From Takakia lepidozioides (Eukaryota > Plantae > Bryophyta), in contig CM060732.1 of the NCBI GenBank assembly GCA_030704615.1, positions 31,992,001 to 32,056,000 on the forward strand: 64,000 nucleotides of DNA, written 5' to 3'. This document shows, piece after piece, positions 25,246 through 39,596 of the stretch (position 1 is the stretch's first letter; the number at the start of each line of letters is the position of its first letter). The position numbers and the translations under genes are program-made. The notes beneath the pieces are model-generated. The model was not told where the DNA came from. It did no database searches and saw only the letters and a list, made by a program, of their open reading frames with translations.

Positions 25246-26399
25246 GCCTAAGTGCAGGTCATGAAAAAAAACAAAACTACAACTTACCTTCTCCGTCCGC
25301 AGCTTGCCTCTACCACCACCACCACCAGCAACGCCTCCCCCTCAAGTGTCTTACTTCCTCCCTATCGCCGCAATAGCTCGTTACTAGATGACACAATTTA
25401 TTTACAATCAAATCCCATGACATGTATGTTGATTTGTTCTTTGATTACTCATGTAAGTCATTTAATGTATTTGCATAAGGTCTTGCAAGATGTGCGCTTT
25501 CATTCATTTTGCATCTTCTCTCAAACTTTGAGGGCATTGCCATATTATCTACATTTAATGTGACAGCACACCTAACATATCATCTGTATAACATATCATA
25601 TGTATGTTATAGGGCCCACCCTTGAAAGGGGGCAGTAACCGTGAGGCGAAGTTCTTAGTTATGTCGGCTTTGGCCGGAGTCTTCTCTCTCTCTCTCATAT
25701 GTATATATGTATGTATCGCTTGGGGTAATTTTTTGAAAGACAATAGTAATGTAAGAATTTTAATGGACGCGTGCAATATTACAGTACTTTCATCGGATTC
25801 CAACAGTCTGAGTTCTCCTGTAGGGCCTTTGTCAAATCCTTCCCCACCCCTTTTACCTCGGTTTCAACTTTCACTATTTCTAGCTAGGACTGAAGATTCT
25901 AGCAACGACTAAATGTCGTTTCGTCGCCACGTCGTCGTCGTCAAATGTTTTCGGACGCTGCCCGAAAAAACGGGGAGAAGTATGTTGCAGCGTGGGGAAG
26001 GATGACAATGTCCCCGCTTGCTTGATCGCAGAGGGATTTCACACACCAATCGAAGAGGGAGATCTTACATGGTGGATGCTTTACAACCTTTTACTCGTTC
26101 GTAAGAGCTGTTCCAACTTTGCTCATGCTCAAGAACTGAAAAATAGATTTTCAAGTCAGTATAGAGAGCCATGAACTCTCCATTATTTTATATGTTCTTC
26201 AACAAAAGCTTGATCTTTATGTCAGATTTGGTGTAACTACCTGAGAAATGAACACAATAGTGATTTTGTCATAAGTTTGAAACCATAAAGATTTTAAAGG
26301 CATGCCCATATGAACTGCCATATCATTTGTTGTAAAACCGAATAGTCCAACCTCTCACTCTTCTTGCCTGATTTCCATAATGGATCCCAACTAGCGGTC

Positions 26400-27150
26400 C
26401 ACGGACTTTTTATGCACTAGTCACCGGGTGGACGGTTCATTTTTTAAAAATATTTTTGAATAAAATTGGAATAGCCAAAGTTGACAATCTTTATTTATTT
26501 ATATTAGAATCGGGACCACCAGAACTAATGGTCCCAAATCTTATTTTAATTTTCTTAAATCGAGGCCGCTAGAGCTGGCGGTCTCAATTTTTTAATTTTT
26601 AATATTAAAATTGGGGCCGCCAAAGCTGACGTTCTCATTTTTTTTTGTTTATTTTTTAAAATTAAAATTAGGACCACTTTGAGTTAGCGGTCCCGATTTT
26701 ATCCAATTAAAAATTTAAAAAATAAAATTTGGTACCCCTAGTTGTGGCGGCCTTTGTTTTTTCCATAAATAAGAATAAAAAAAATAAAAAATAACTTGAG
26801 ACCGCCAGCTTTGGTGGTGCCGGTTTTATCCAAAAACAAAATAACAGAAATCGGTCTCAAATTTGTAAATAATTTATTAGACGTTGGGATCGTCAAAGCT
26901 GACGGTTCCGATTTATTATAATTGTTTTTTTAAGTCTGAGCTGACGTTTTTTATTTATTAAATGTTTTGTTGAACATTAGGACTGCCTGAGCTGACCGTC
27001 TTGATTTTATTAAACATTTATTTAAAAATCAGGACCGCCAGCTCAATTTATTAAGTATATATAATTTGAGACCGTTAAATCAGCTAACGATCTTAAGTTT
27101 TTTTTCAAATAATTTTTTAAATTTTTTGAACCACTAGATATGACTTGACG
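26400..27150. repeat. Array of short imperfect GC hairpins (gRgaccgcc..agctg..ggtcYc) separated by A/T tracts; foldback/subterminal-repeat-like
   Basis: About 10 degenerate copies roughly every 50-60 bp, e.g. gaggccgctagagctggcggtctc, ggaccactttgagttagcggtccc and gagaccgccagctttggtggtgcc. Confidence 0.6.
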
Positions 27151-29678
27151 GCTTTCGTGTTACTTTGATAAACTATACAATACAAAAATTAAAATGAAAA
27201 TACAAATACACGACCTAAAGTCAGTTTTTGAAGTGATATGAGGCACGTTATGAGGTGACTTCGGATGTGACGTTCATGTGTTAGCGCCATGTCACATCCT
27301 TTGATACAACTAGGTTGGATACTTATTTGTGTTTCCATCTGTATTTGCAGAACATGTATACCCACGACTTTTCGACTTACCAAGCCCTCGTCTTGTATTT
27401 GATCCACTCCGTCCTCTGGTACTAACAAAAAATATGAGTACATTTTAGATCGTAAAACATCAGCATCTGTGCTAATTGTAACGAGGCTGATGCATCTTGT
27501 ATGGATTTAGTGAATGTCAGATCTTTTGTGAGTAGACAGTACCGTTAGAATGGGTCCTGGCCCTGCCAACGTCATCTGACAAGTGTATTCAATCTGTAAC
27601 GGTATTCTTCCAGCAGTATAAGAAAGAGGTACAAGGCCTCCTACGACTAGAGTGATTTTGATGAAATACTGTTGGTACTATTCTCCTTCATTCTAGTGAA
27701 GATAGTATGTGCATGGTATTTGTACTGTTCTACTTTGCTAATATTGTGTGCATAAAGACTTGGAAATATTTCACAGCTCAACCTGAGAGAAAGCTAATCA
27801 CCGTTCATCGAGATCTGATCCAACAGTCATGATTTATCCCCACAACGCGTTATACTTCCCTGCATTATGCGTTGCAAGGCGAGACACCTCTATATGATCA
27901 CTGATATCGCACAGGGCAAATTATTGGCATTACATAACTCAGATCTGAAATTTTAATTTCGTTTGTTATTTCTATTTCTCGAGGTTTCTTCAAACCAATT
28001 TTAAACAACATATTTTTATTATTATAAGGATGGACTTGAGTACACCCAAATACGTGGATCCATTGAGATGTCACTATATCAGGGCGTCTTTACAAGACAA
28101 TGTAAATTAACTAACTAAACATTTTGTTATCGATATATTAGTTAATTTATTAATTTTAAAGTCAATTATCGCCGCAGACTCATACATGAGTAATGAAGAA
28201 TAAAGTAACATACTTACATCATACTAACATATGATGGGATTTTATTGTAATAAATTGTGTCGTATATTGTGTCACTTCATAGTTGGACGTTGTTTATGTT
28301 TGTTTCTGTGTAAGATTTTTCGTAGATGCGATCTTCTTTTCTCTCTTTCTTGTCTCATTTTCTCTCTTCATCTGTATTTACTCTTTGTTGTTTCTTTCTC
28401 TATAATTTTTTCTTCAAACTCTAAAAGATATAACCACTCTTTCAAAACGGATATGACTATTGTTTAAAAAAAAATCTTCAGTATTTATTTATTTTTTGAT
28501 TAGGTTATTCATATTTTATCCACTAAATTTTTATTCACACTTCTTTCTAGTTTTTTTTGTAGACCACTGTTCTAAACTATTCTGACATCTTTGAAGATTT
28601 GATTGAAGAAATAAAAACAAAAGACAATGGAATTGATGAACAACCTATTCGAAATCCTATCATGGGAAAAACATATCATCGTTTGTCACAATCCCAAACA
28701 TGGCTTGTAGATAATTGTGGCTTGCATCCGCTCGTTTTTGCAGGATTTGAATCTTGCCGCGCTATTAAGAAATTTGTTGATGACAGATTTACATTCCGAG
28801 AAGAATTTCGAAAGAAGTTTGGAGATGAACCTGCTACATGTATAATTATTCATTGACAACTATTTACATAGAACCAATTCTTAGTCCGACCGGCAAAGAG
28901 AGTTCAATGTCTCTTTCTCATAGGACAAGATTGTGTTTCCTAGTCCTACGGTATTTTTTTAATGTATTTTCATAATATAATTGTCGTCCAAGTCTTGATT
29001 TATTACTAATATCTACGAGCCTAAACCCCCGAGGTGCTTATCAATTCTAGTCCCTTCACAAAGCACCTAATCCGAGTTTAAGGAGAAAATGTAAACATCA
29101 TTTCTCAATGCCCCTCCACTCCTGGGTGGTTGAGTTCAAACCTAGTACCCTTAAGAGAGACCAAATCTTAAAATTTTAATAATAATAATTTAAATTTAAA
29201 AATAAATAAATAAATAAACATGTACATGTGGGAATTCTCAAGGAGACTAAATATTCCACTGACATCTCCAGGGGATGTAGAATGAAAACTATAATTAACT
29301 CCAAAAGAAGAATTAGTCAGTCCAAAGTTCGTTTATTGGGAAAGAACACAACAACGATGAAGTAATGATGTTTAACTGCTCGATCATATTTAAATCTCTC
29401 TTCCAAGTGGTTTCTACCACCAGTCACATGCCTCTAACTTGATTAATGGTCTCCCAATCCCAAAGTTAACATTCCAATCATTCATTAGTTCTGAATATCC
29501 ATCAAAAGGTCTTATACCATATCTCTATCCAGTTATGCCTCCAATAACAAGCTCTGTATAGGGCCGATAGCTCTCTATACCACCATTTACTCAGAAGTTC
29601 TAATTGAAATATTTCTATGTCACTACAGTATAGCTTCTTGAATATCTCTACCGATTTATCGTCTGGTAATCTAGTAAT

Positions 29679-30048
29679 TATTAAGAAAATGTATGGTGTT
29701 AACCCCAATGCAGCTATTAGCGATGTATGGCTAACACCATGTATCGTTTGAATTCTGGGAGGCAGCATGAAAACCATCATGAGTCTCTTTCCCGCTCATC
29801 AGCCTGTAGTACTAATGAGACAGTCTCCCTTATCTTTTGTTAAGTTATCCGTGTGTAACATTGTGGTTTAGCACTCTTAGGCTAGTGAGCTAATCAAGCC
29901 GTTGTCATGTGCAATGACGTATCGTACCAAAAGCTGTGCTTTGTGCTCAGAAATTAATACACTGGAATGGGGTTTGTGGTACATTCGGTGTATGTGTGAG
30001 TGAGTCAGTGTCGTGGCTATGAATGCCTGTTTTTAGTCACTCTTAACA
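29679..30048 (+). repeat. 5' LTR of the copia element (TA...CA termini)
   Basis: Aligns with 34485-34873, with visible substitutions and indels. Confidence 0.88.
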
Positions 30049-33000
30049 AATTATGGGCCCTAGCCTCTAGCTTTCGAGAGGCTATCTTTAACAAGTAATA
30101 CCGTTTTAGTTTGTCTAAACTAAGTATCTTGAAGAACATCCCAGTATCAGTAGAGAGTATTGCTTTTACGAGTGAAAGTACTGCTGAGAGGATATTTTTC
30201 TGTTAAGTGAGAGTTTCACTTGTTCTAGTATTGGTTGAGAGTTTATCGTGTCAGTGGAGAGTACTGCTCTTAGAGCGTAAGTACTGCTGCAAAGAATCTT
30301 TACCGTTAAGTTATACAGTACTGTTGTCGGATAAAGATCTACCTTTTGTGTCTGTGAAAGTTCTCTTTTCGTCAGCAGTGGGAGTTTGAACGTAATTTAA
30401 AGGTTTCTTGGTCCGCAATGGTGGAACATAGCGGGCGCAGCGAGGTTGGCCACATCCAGGCTTTCAACGGCGACAACTACCACATCTGGGCCTTTCAGAT
30501 GCGCGCCCTGTTCCTTGGAAAAGAGATCATGGGAGTTGTCGATGGTACCGAACAGAAGCCTGAGGCTGCAAATGCGTAAGCGCTGGCAGCCTAGACGAAG
30601 AAAAATGACCAGCGTGCCAACGAGAGCATTCATAATCTCCGTGAATTTTTTTGCATCTAAGATGGAGGCTGGAGACACAATCGCTTCATTTCTTGGCAAG
30701 ATTGGGCTTCTCAAGAGTCAGCTTGTCCGCATGGGGGAGACTAGTATCACGGACAAGACTGTCATGGCGAAGGTTCTTGACAATCTGCCAGATGAGTATA
30801 GATACTTTCATTCTTCTTGGGATATCACTGCGACAGCAGACAAGACTCTCAACAACCTCCTCATCAGGCTGATTCGAGAGGAAACAAGAATAAACGAGAT
30901 GAAGGAACGAGAGGCGGCGTCTTCACCTGCTTCAGCTTTCGTAGCAAATGCAAAGCGCGGAGAAGGGACCAACCGGCCGTCACTCACATACGAGCAGCGG
31001 CAAGCGAGGAAGAAGGAGTTAGTAGAGCGTAAGAAGAATGCGGAGTGTTGGAGATGCGGGACATGCCACTACTACCGTGACTGTAATGAACCAGCGTCGA
31101 AGAAAAATAACAGTAGCTCACCTTTGAAGAGCCACAAGAGCGGTAATACCAACCTTCGAGCTTACATGACGACCTCGCAGACGGTTGATGTAAACTGGCA
31201 TTTCATCTCAAGGCCGTAAAGTTGAAGGCATTGGAGGGATCAAGCTGTCAGTCCAAAGTGTAGGCAGCATCAATATTCGCACCTACAACGGACACAAGTG
31301 GGAGACTGCAGTCATGAAAGATGTCCTACACGTTTCAGGCCTGGGCATAAACATTTTCTTCGTATGGCGAGTTGCTCTTCTCAACTTTGATACCATACAC
31401 ACGAAAGATGGCTGCAGGCTAATTTTGAATGGAGAGACCCTAATTCAGGACGTTATGGAGGGAACAATGTACGAGCTGATGATCGTAGCAGAGCCACCCT
31501 CCGATACAGCATGCATCGCAAACACTTTTGGCATCGAAACAGCAAAGGGATCGACGCAGAGTCTAGAGGTATGACATCACAGGCTTTGTCACGTTCAACA
31601 TGCTCTGGTTCGGAAGATGACACATACATAAATGGTAGATGGGCTTGAACTCAGTAATGACCAGCCAGTTTTCTGTGAGGGCTGTGTGTTTGGGAAGAGC
31701 AAGCGGCTCTCGTTCCCCACCACTCAGGATCTTGCTCAGTCAACAGTGGCAGGGCAACTTATCCATACCGATGTATGTGGGCGCCCCATGTCGACACCGA
31801 CAGTGGGAGGATGCATGTACTACGTCTTATTCAAAGATGACTTCACTCGGTATATAGTCATTTACTGCATCAAGAAAAAATCTGAGGTGTCAGATTGCCT
31901 CAAGAAGTATTCCGCCACCCTCAGCCGTGAGACGGGACATACGATCAAGGCCATTTGGTCAGATCGAGGCGGAGAGTACACAGGAAGGGTCGTGCGTGAT
32001 TGGCTTGCTGAATTGTAGATTGAACAACAGCACACAGTACCATATAGTCCAGAACAGAACAACACCGCTGAACGAGAAAACATGACTATAATGGAGGCCG
32101 TGCAAAGCACGATCAACACCAGTCAAGTCCACCTGAAGTTTTGGGGGGAGGCTGTGCATACAGCAGTATACACACTTAACCGGTGTGGTACATCAACTTT
32201 GGAAGACATCATACATTTCGAAGCATGGCACCGCAAGCGACCCTCAGTCTCTCATCTGAGGATTTTTGGTGCCACCGCTTATCTTCACGTGCCCAAAGAA
32301 CTTTGAAAGAAGTTAGATCCAAAAGCTAGAAAAGAAATCTTCATGGGGTACAGCCTCGTTAGTAAGGCTTACAGAATCTGGTACAATGAAGATCAGAAGA
32401 TTCAGGAGAGCCGCGACGTAATATTCGACGAGTAGTCAGTCTTCCAAGCCACGGTGACAGGCGAACCAAGAGACGTAGCCATATAGAAGATGGTGACGCT
32501 CACTCTTCTGGAGCAACCAAGTAGCTTGGGGTCACCTGATGAAGTACTAATAGTACCTCCACAATCGAGTAACCAGGCACTACCTAGCTTCCCTACATCT
32601 GACTCCAGGAATGACAATTTCGATAGTCCCAGTGAGGAACCGTGTGGAAGCAAAAGTGGCTCAGACCTGGAACCAGACAACACACTTGCGAAGTGAGAGG
32701 ATATCACACTTAGTGACACCGCAATTCTAGACTGGAGACCACCAAACATACATGTAACGACTGATGGACTGGGGGGTGCTACAGAAGAGCAACTAATTCT
32801 CGTCGATGCCCCAACAAGCCTTAACATCACCGTGGAGCCAGAGTCGTATCAAGGTCGTAGCAGACGACCAACAACACGCTATGGGGATTGGGTTTATGTT
32901 GTCACTGGCGCCGACCAATACAGCTCCGATTTCTCCAATCCTGAGGAGCCAGAAATCTTAGAGGCCGATCTCATCTGTCCTGATGAGCCTCTCACAGTGG

Positions 33001-34484
33001 AAGAAGCGAGGCAGAGCCCGGAGAAGGATGCCTGGAAGGCTGCCATATATGAGGCGTATAACTCCCTGCTAGCAAACAATACCTGGTCGATGTGTAGTTT
33101 ACCGGCAGGACGTAAGCTAATCAGAAACAAGTGGATCTTTAAGTTAAAGTTCAACCAGCATGGAGCAGTCAATCAGTACAAGGCCCGATTGGTGGCGAAA
33201 GGCTTCACTCAGAAGGCTGGAATCGACTATCAAGAAATATTCAGCCTTGTCGTGAAATTTGACTCAACTCGGACCGTGCTCTCTATTGTTGCCGCAGAAA
33301 ACCTGGAGATGGCTCAATTCGATGTACAAACAGCTTTCTTGTATCGCGATATTGAAGATTGGCCTGTGTTTTCGTCAATCTTTGTCTCGATCAGGCCAAT
33401 CTGTCCCTGAAGCCGAACGAACTTGTCACGGAGCAGAGGTTTCGTTAAAATGTCAGCCAACTGGCTGTCTGTGGGAATATACCGGGGAAAAAGCTCATGC
33501 CTGTGAACCTCCTCATGAATCTTGTGGTATCGGATATCAACATGTTTGGTCCTCTGGTGAAACTCAGGGTTGAGAATCTAACGATCTGCGGGATGGTTGT
33601 CGCTGTATAGTACAGTGGGCTGAGGTTGTGGATAGCCCAAATCTGCAAGAAGTTATCGGATGAAAATAATCTCTCTGCTGGCATGATGAACGGTGATGTA
33701 CTCCGATTCAGTTGTGCTTGTGGTTGTACAAGTTTGCTTCTTGCCCCCCCAGGCAATATGACCACCGTTCAGCATGAGAATGTATCCAGAACGGGACTTA
33801 CGATCATCAACATCACCTGCAAAATCTGTATCGCAGTAGGCAATAAGCTGGTTGGTTTGCTGGCCTCCTCCGGAGTATATCCGCATATTGGTAGTACCGC
33901 GTAGGTATTTCAGCACCCGCTTTAACAGCGTTGACGTGCGGGGACTTGGCACCTTTGAGAAATTTGCCAGCGTGACTCACAGAATATGTGATGTCAAGGC
34001 GCGTACCTTGGCTGACGAACTGCATACTTCCCACTGCTGGCCTATACGGGAACTGGTCATCGTCGGGCTGATCAATGGTCGTGACCTAGTCGGGAATGCT
34101 GCATGGATCAGTTGGTACAACAGCTGGGTTGGCATTGTCAAAACCAAACTTCTTCAGCAGGCGATTGATGTACTGGATTTGATCTATCTGTATGGTGTGG
34201 GAGGAGCAATCCGCAGGCCGACGTACACTTCTGGTTGGCTTTCCTTGATCACAAACGCTCCGGCCATGTATTCGTGTGTACTATGGTTGTGGCTCACGTA
34301 GACACATGGATCAACTGAGGATGGCACGAGCTGATATCTAACAAGAAAATCATTAAACTTCTGGTTCCAGACCCTGCTCGATAGCTTAAGCCCATAGAGC
34401 ACCTTCAGCAGCTTGCACACCTTTCCTGACTCACATTGGTCCTCAAATCCTGCAGGTAATGCCATGTAAATAGCCGAGTGGGAG

Positions 34485-34873
34485 TATCAAGAAAATATAT
34501 GCTGTTAATCCCAAGAGCAAAGCTATCAGCGATGTACGGGTGAGGTTCACCGGGTATCATGTCTAACACCGGGTATCGTTTGAATTCTGGGAGGCAAGAT
34601 GAAAACCATCGTGAGTCATTTTCCCGCTCATCAGCCTGTAGTACTAATGAGACCGTCTCCCTTACATTTTGCTAAGTTATCCATGTGTAGCATTGTGGTT
34701 TAGCACTATCATGCTAGTGAGCTGATCAAGCCGTTGTCCTCTGCAAGGACGTACTGTACCAAAAGCTATGCTTTGTGCTCAGAGATTAATACACTGGAAT
34801 AGGGTTTGTATCGGTGTATGTGTGAGTGAGTCAGTGTCGTGGCTATGAATGCCTGTTTTTAGCCACTCTAACA
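34485..34873 (+). repeat. 3' LTR of the copia element (TA...CA termini)
   Basis: Follows the PPT and ends ...ctctaaca before TSD gtaat. Confidence 0.88.
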
Positions 34874-35410
34874 GTAATTAACTCTTGAGCATAATTATCA
34901 TTTCCATCATTGATACACATTAGTGTAGAATAGAGAAGAAGATAGAACAATAGATTTATTTTCCAATGGTAGATTGGTTCTGTGATACTGTACTTGACAT
35001 TTGTGAAGAAAAGGAAGGAAAAGAAGAAGAGTTCAATTTGTATTATCTGTTGAAGGATTAATAAGAAGTGTGGAATGATTTACAATCGAAGTGTTGAATT
35101 ATACTATTTTGAGTGAAATAGACACACGCACTCTTATCTCCCTCTGGTCAGGGCTCTTTGGCTCAACTGACATCGATTAATTCCACAATAGCACAATTGC
35201 TCCAACAACTATTGCAACCGTTTCTAACTTTTTTCATTCATCCAAGAATTTCATCCAACACTATCATCCAATATCGAATAGAATCAGCTTATTCAGCATA
35301 GCCAAAGTCTTGTGAAGAGCTATATCGATGGTATTATAGGACATATCGGCTGAGAATACACTAAAGAGTCTTAAAATTGGAGCACAACTAAAAATTTCTA
35401 TGGTTGAATC

Positions 35411-36309
35411 TTGAATAACCACGAATCTATGACTCTTGAACAACCACGGCTATCCTTGAAAAAAGCAAAGAATCTTGCTCTGGCAGGCATGCAACTATCG
35501 GTAGCAGATAGTCTTCTAGGATTTGTGTCGAATTTCAGCGATCCAGCACTTGCATGGGATGGCTTGCGTCGCAAGTTCGCATATGGGAATCAGTTACATC
35601 TGCTCATGCTAACGAATCAGCTCCAAATTTCGCTGTCCCTCAGGAATTTGGCTTCATCAGAGAGCTTATATCAGGAAACTATTGAAAAGATATGGAATGA
35701 ACAATTGTATACCAACAAAAATACCAATCAATCCTGGAGTACAATTGCAAAAGAAAATGGGTACCCGAAGAGTAGACCCAGAGTTTTATAGATCGCTGGT
35801 GGGTAGTTTGATATACCTGACCAATACAAGACCAGACATATATGCTTTGCAGTAAGCTGTGTGAGCAGATATATGGACGAACCAGTAGATGCTAATCTAC
35901 AAGCAGCCAAACAGATTTTGAAATACTTCAAGGGTACTCTTGATTTTGGACTACATCTGTCGTGCAAGGGAGATGAGGTCTACTACACTTTTGTGGACGC
36001 TGATTGGGGACGTGACTTGGACACTAGACATTCAACCATTAGCAAACATTCAGTTGATTTTCAATGAGGCTGAGAGCAAGAGGGGGTGTTAGATTATGTG
36101 CTCTCAGTTTTAGCGCATTAACTGATCATCTACATGTCATAAATATTTGTATCAGTACATTTACACAAGCTTATATTAGTATTCAAACGTGTACATCTTA
36201 GTGTGGAAGCGGTGTCCACTGTTCTATAAAAATCTCACTGTATATATTCAAGGACTGTTTCACAGTTCCTCAGTTGTAATACAAACCTCTTGAGGTACGA
36301 TTGACAACA
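35411..36309 (+). mobile_element. Second, heavily deleted Ty1/copia remnant
   Basis: Gag-like piece (AWDGLRRKF), RT/RNase H piece (LTNTRPDICFAVSCVSRYMDEP...FVDADWGRDLDTRHS), purine tract gcaagagggggtg followed by a TG...CA LTR-like segment at ~36087-36309. Confidence 0.7.
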
Positions 36310-39300
36310 CTGCTGGCAGTTCAGTCAGTGCCAGACGCTCCCCGATTGAAACAGATGAAGTTGAGGTGAACTGTTTAGAAACTGTCACCAACGTAGGTTT
36401 AGAAAGGAAAATCCAAAGCACATCTGTCTTTTGATCAACCTAAGCATAAGAGAGGCAGCATATGGTGATGTAGCTTCGTGTTTGTTTTCTTCTATTGTTT
36501 CAGATCTTACTGTTCTCCCGGTCTCTTGTCTCACAATAACTCTATCCTAACTATTGGCTCGGAGCAGTGTCTCGTTTCTCAAACTTCATGGCAATTGTAA
36601 GGTTATTTTTTCCTTATCTTTTTTAATAAAACTGGGGCCGTATTCCCCTTAAAAAAAGTACAAACAAAAAACAAAATCCTTTGGTCTCAGCAAGTTTATG
36701 TGGTTCGGCCTCGTGTTTGCTTCATGGCTCCCGGCCTTGGGATTGCCCCTCCCTCGCCCTCCTTTAATAATAAAATTTTGAGAGCCGTTGTCCCCTCATT
36801 TAAAAAAATAACAGAAAAATAAGGGAAAAAAAAAACGGACAATATGTGTATATGTATCAAATTTTTAGAGGAAATGTAATGGTCATATGGAGAGCCCATA
36901 GTATGAATTGACCATCTACTGCTCATTCTTATGATGCGTTTCTGATGCTCATTCTTATGAGCGTAATGGATCAGTGACCGGTTTTGATAGAGAAACGACA
37001 AATCTAAGGACAAGGAAGAGAGAGCCTCAAGACAGCAAACCAAGTACCTCTACGGACTTACTCAGGTGATAAGTGTTGCCCTAGTTGTTTCTCGGATAGT
37101 ATCAAATTCTTGTATTTCAACAATGGGGCCAAAGGTCTTTAAAAACTATGTCAAAGTGGATATTGCCAGAAATTCACGTTCACTTTGGGTGGATGGAACT
37201 ACCTATCAAGAAAAACCTCAAACGCTCTGCACTTCTGCACTTCTGGTGCTCTTTTGCCTCTGCCAAGGGCGAGCAATCTTTGAGAGTGCCCATGATAGTT
37301 TGCTCGAATCTCGAGAGAAACAAACTTTGGCACAGAGGAGAGAGAGGGAGAGATTATTGCAAGACCATCATAGAAAATAAGCTGCATGCATGTACATGTA
37401 CAATCAATGGAAGGGATGGGTACACTTCGGAGAATTATTAGGTGATTCTGATTAGGTGTCTAATCAACTTGAACATCGTCATCCTAATCATTTCAAGCAC
37501 CATCAACCAAATGCAAGTACTTGTACTATGACCCACTTTAGCTGAAAAGACGCAGAGCTGGCATGCATGGTGATATCAGTTGCAGACCGTGATGTTACTA
37601 CAGACATGTCTCAGGCTGCTGCATCATCTCAAAAGAATGTTGCTTTGATACCTCGGCCTGTCAGCGCCAAAAAGAAAGCTGCGTATCATATGAAAGTCCA
37701 AGCTGGCATGGCCACACACAAAAACTATCCATCCATGAAAGGCTATTTCGTCGTCTGCGGCAGCTTAGAGCGACCATGAATCTCCCCAACGATATGGATC
37801 CATGTTGAGGACAGAAACAGACCTCACATGGTGTTAAGTAGAGGTGTCTAGCAATTTAATCAGAACCCTAGTGGGTAGTGGCAGGCTTCTTCACAGGTGA
37901 CCAAGAAAATACATGATGAAGATCGAAAGGCAACTGCTTGAACCTCATGATGAACGGTTCAGAAATTTTCCTCTGTAAACTCTGTGCAACTGCGTTGTTT
38001 TATGTACAGGGACTTCTGCAACACCACAGTCCTATTATAATCCGAGTCACCAGAATGACAGTAGATAATTATCAAAGTTTCCATTGATCATCCTCCAAAT
38101 CTTCATCACAATTTTAGCCAGACGTGCGAGAGGCTTAATAGGATGTTGATCAGACCTCGAAGTCCAATTGACATCTGAGCAGGTTGAATGAAATTCTATG
38201 TACACTTATATTTGATAGGACCAGTTGTCTGCAAGATGCCTGAGAAATTAACATGATCAGTCAAGAGCTCTCTGAATTCAACTTGTCGTTAGATGAAGTA
38301 AAAACAATATGCGAATGGTTGCAGAGTCTTTTAACTTGCAGCAGCCTGAGATGTGCAGTACATCTCTTGACGAGCTCTTGACCAGAAAGTCAATATGCTG
38401 ACAGCAACTGGGTCCCCAGCTTGCCCGCACAAATCAATACAGAGGGGACGGTCTTCCTACATCCTTGAATCAGGTTCAGCTTCAAGACTTCACAAGCGGC
38501 CTCTTCCGGACCTTGGGAAACGACAGTGCAATGACTAGAGTCCAATATTGTGCCGCTAGCTCTGCTGAATGTTAATTTGAACGGTTGATGTTGCTTTAAA
38601 CATTAACCAAACCTGCATCTTAAACAGTCCTTTTAACGATAACATCCAATCTTGAACACTGGATGTCAAGCGAGATTTCAATTCACCATTTCTGCCATTA
38701 AAGACGACCCCAGCTTGAAAGCTAGTATTTCAGATGGAACAGCCTAACTTGATACCTGTAGTCATGTCACCCTGAGTATTCTTCTAGAATCACAAGTTTC
38801 AAACTCCTTAATCTAGCACGACCAATCTAGTGCTCATGTTCAAGTCTTTGTACACCTAGTTTAAAACGGCTGATCAGTAGTATGTAAATGTGGATCTATA
38901 CTATTAACTACGTGCTTAGGGTGTGTTCAAGTATTGCCAGTTCAACCTTGCAGGTCCACTGTGATGTGCACCGAGTCTCGCATGGACCACAGTTTCTTGG
39001 AACAGCAGCGCAGGCGGCCAGTGACCGAGTTGGATACCCGCAGTCAAAGCACGAGTGCGGAGCGCGAGGATGAGCTTGTTGACGGATCGCACCACACGTG
39101 CTTGACACTGACTCCGACAGCATGGATGACAAATCATCCTTTGAAAACATGAGCCATTCAAAGCACTATTGGATGAACATCAGTCGGATGTGGATGAAAA
39201 CGAAGTCGACAACTTTGACTAACCTCTCTCTCTCAGCTCGTTTCTCTCACCCCGGACTAAGTCAAATCAGGCATCCATGGCAATCACGCAGCGCTACACC

Positions 39301-39325
39301 AATTTGACTATAGCTTCAAACAACG

Positions 39326-39332
39326 TATAAAG
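39326..39332 (+). promoter_or_regulatory. Putative TATA box of PAL (G-box CACGTG at 39095-39100)
   Basis: TATAAAG ~270 bp upstream of the ATG, followed by a pyrimidine-rich stretch. Confidence 0.45.
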
Positions 39333-39596
39333 AGCAGCTTCATATTCCTTCTCTCATCATCACAGAAACCTCATCTACCTGGGTTGTAGACGGGCAAACA
39401 ATATACAGTCTGCATTCTCTCCCGGCCTCCCCAGTTTTGAATTCTACACTACATTACTCAGAGCCGATCGGCATATACCGCTCCCTCAATCCAGCACTAC
39501 TTAGTCAGTCGTTTCCAGGTTCTACACCAGCGTTCCATTGTGTAATCCATACCAATACACTCTCTCGAAGGGTCTCGCTCTAATCCCAGCAGCAGA

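Larger units (their letters stand above)
29679..34873 (+). mobile_element. Ty1/copia LTR retrotransposon, degenerate, with both LTRs, TSD and an internal inversion
   Basis: LTRs 29679-30048 and 34485-34873; 5-bp TSD GTAAT at 29674-29678 and 34874-34878. Gag, integrase (HTDVCG, SDRGGEY) and RT (YKARLVAKGFTQKAGIDY, FDVQTAFL) are on +, while the RT C-terminus and RNase H are on - (~33360-34470). PPT gagtgggag precedes the 3' LTR. Confidence 0.93.
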
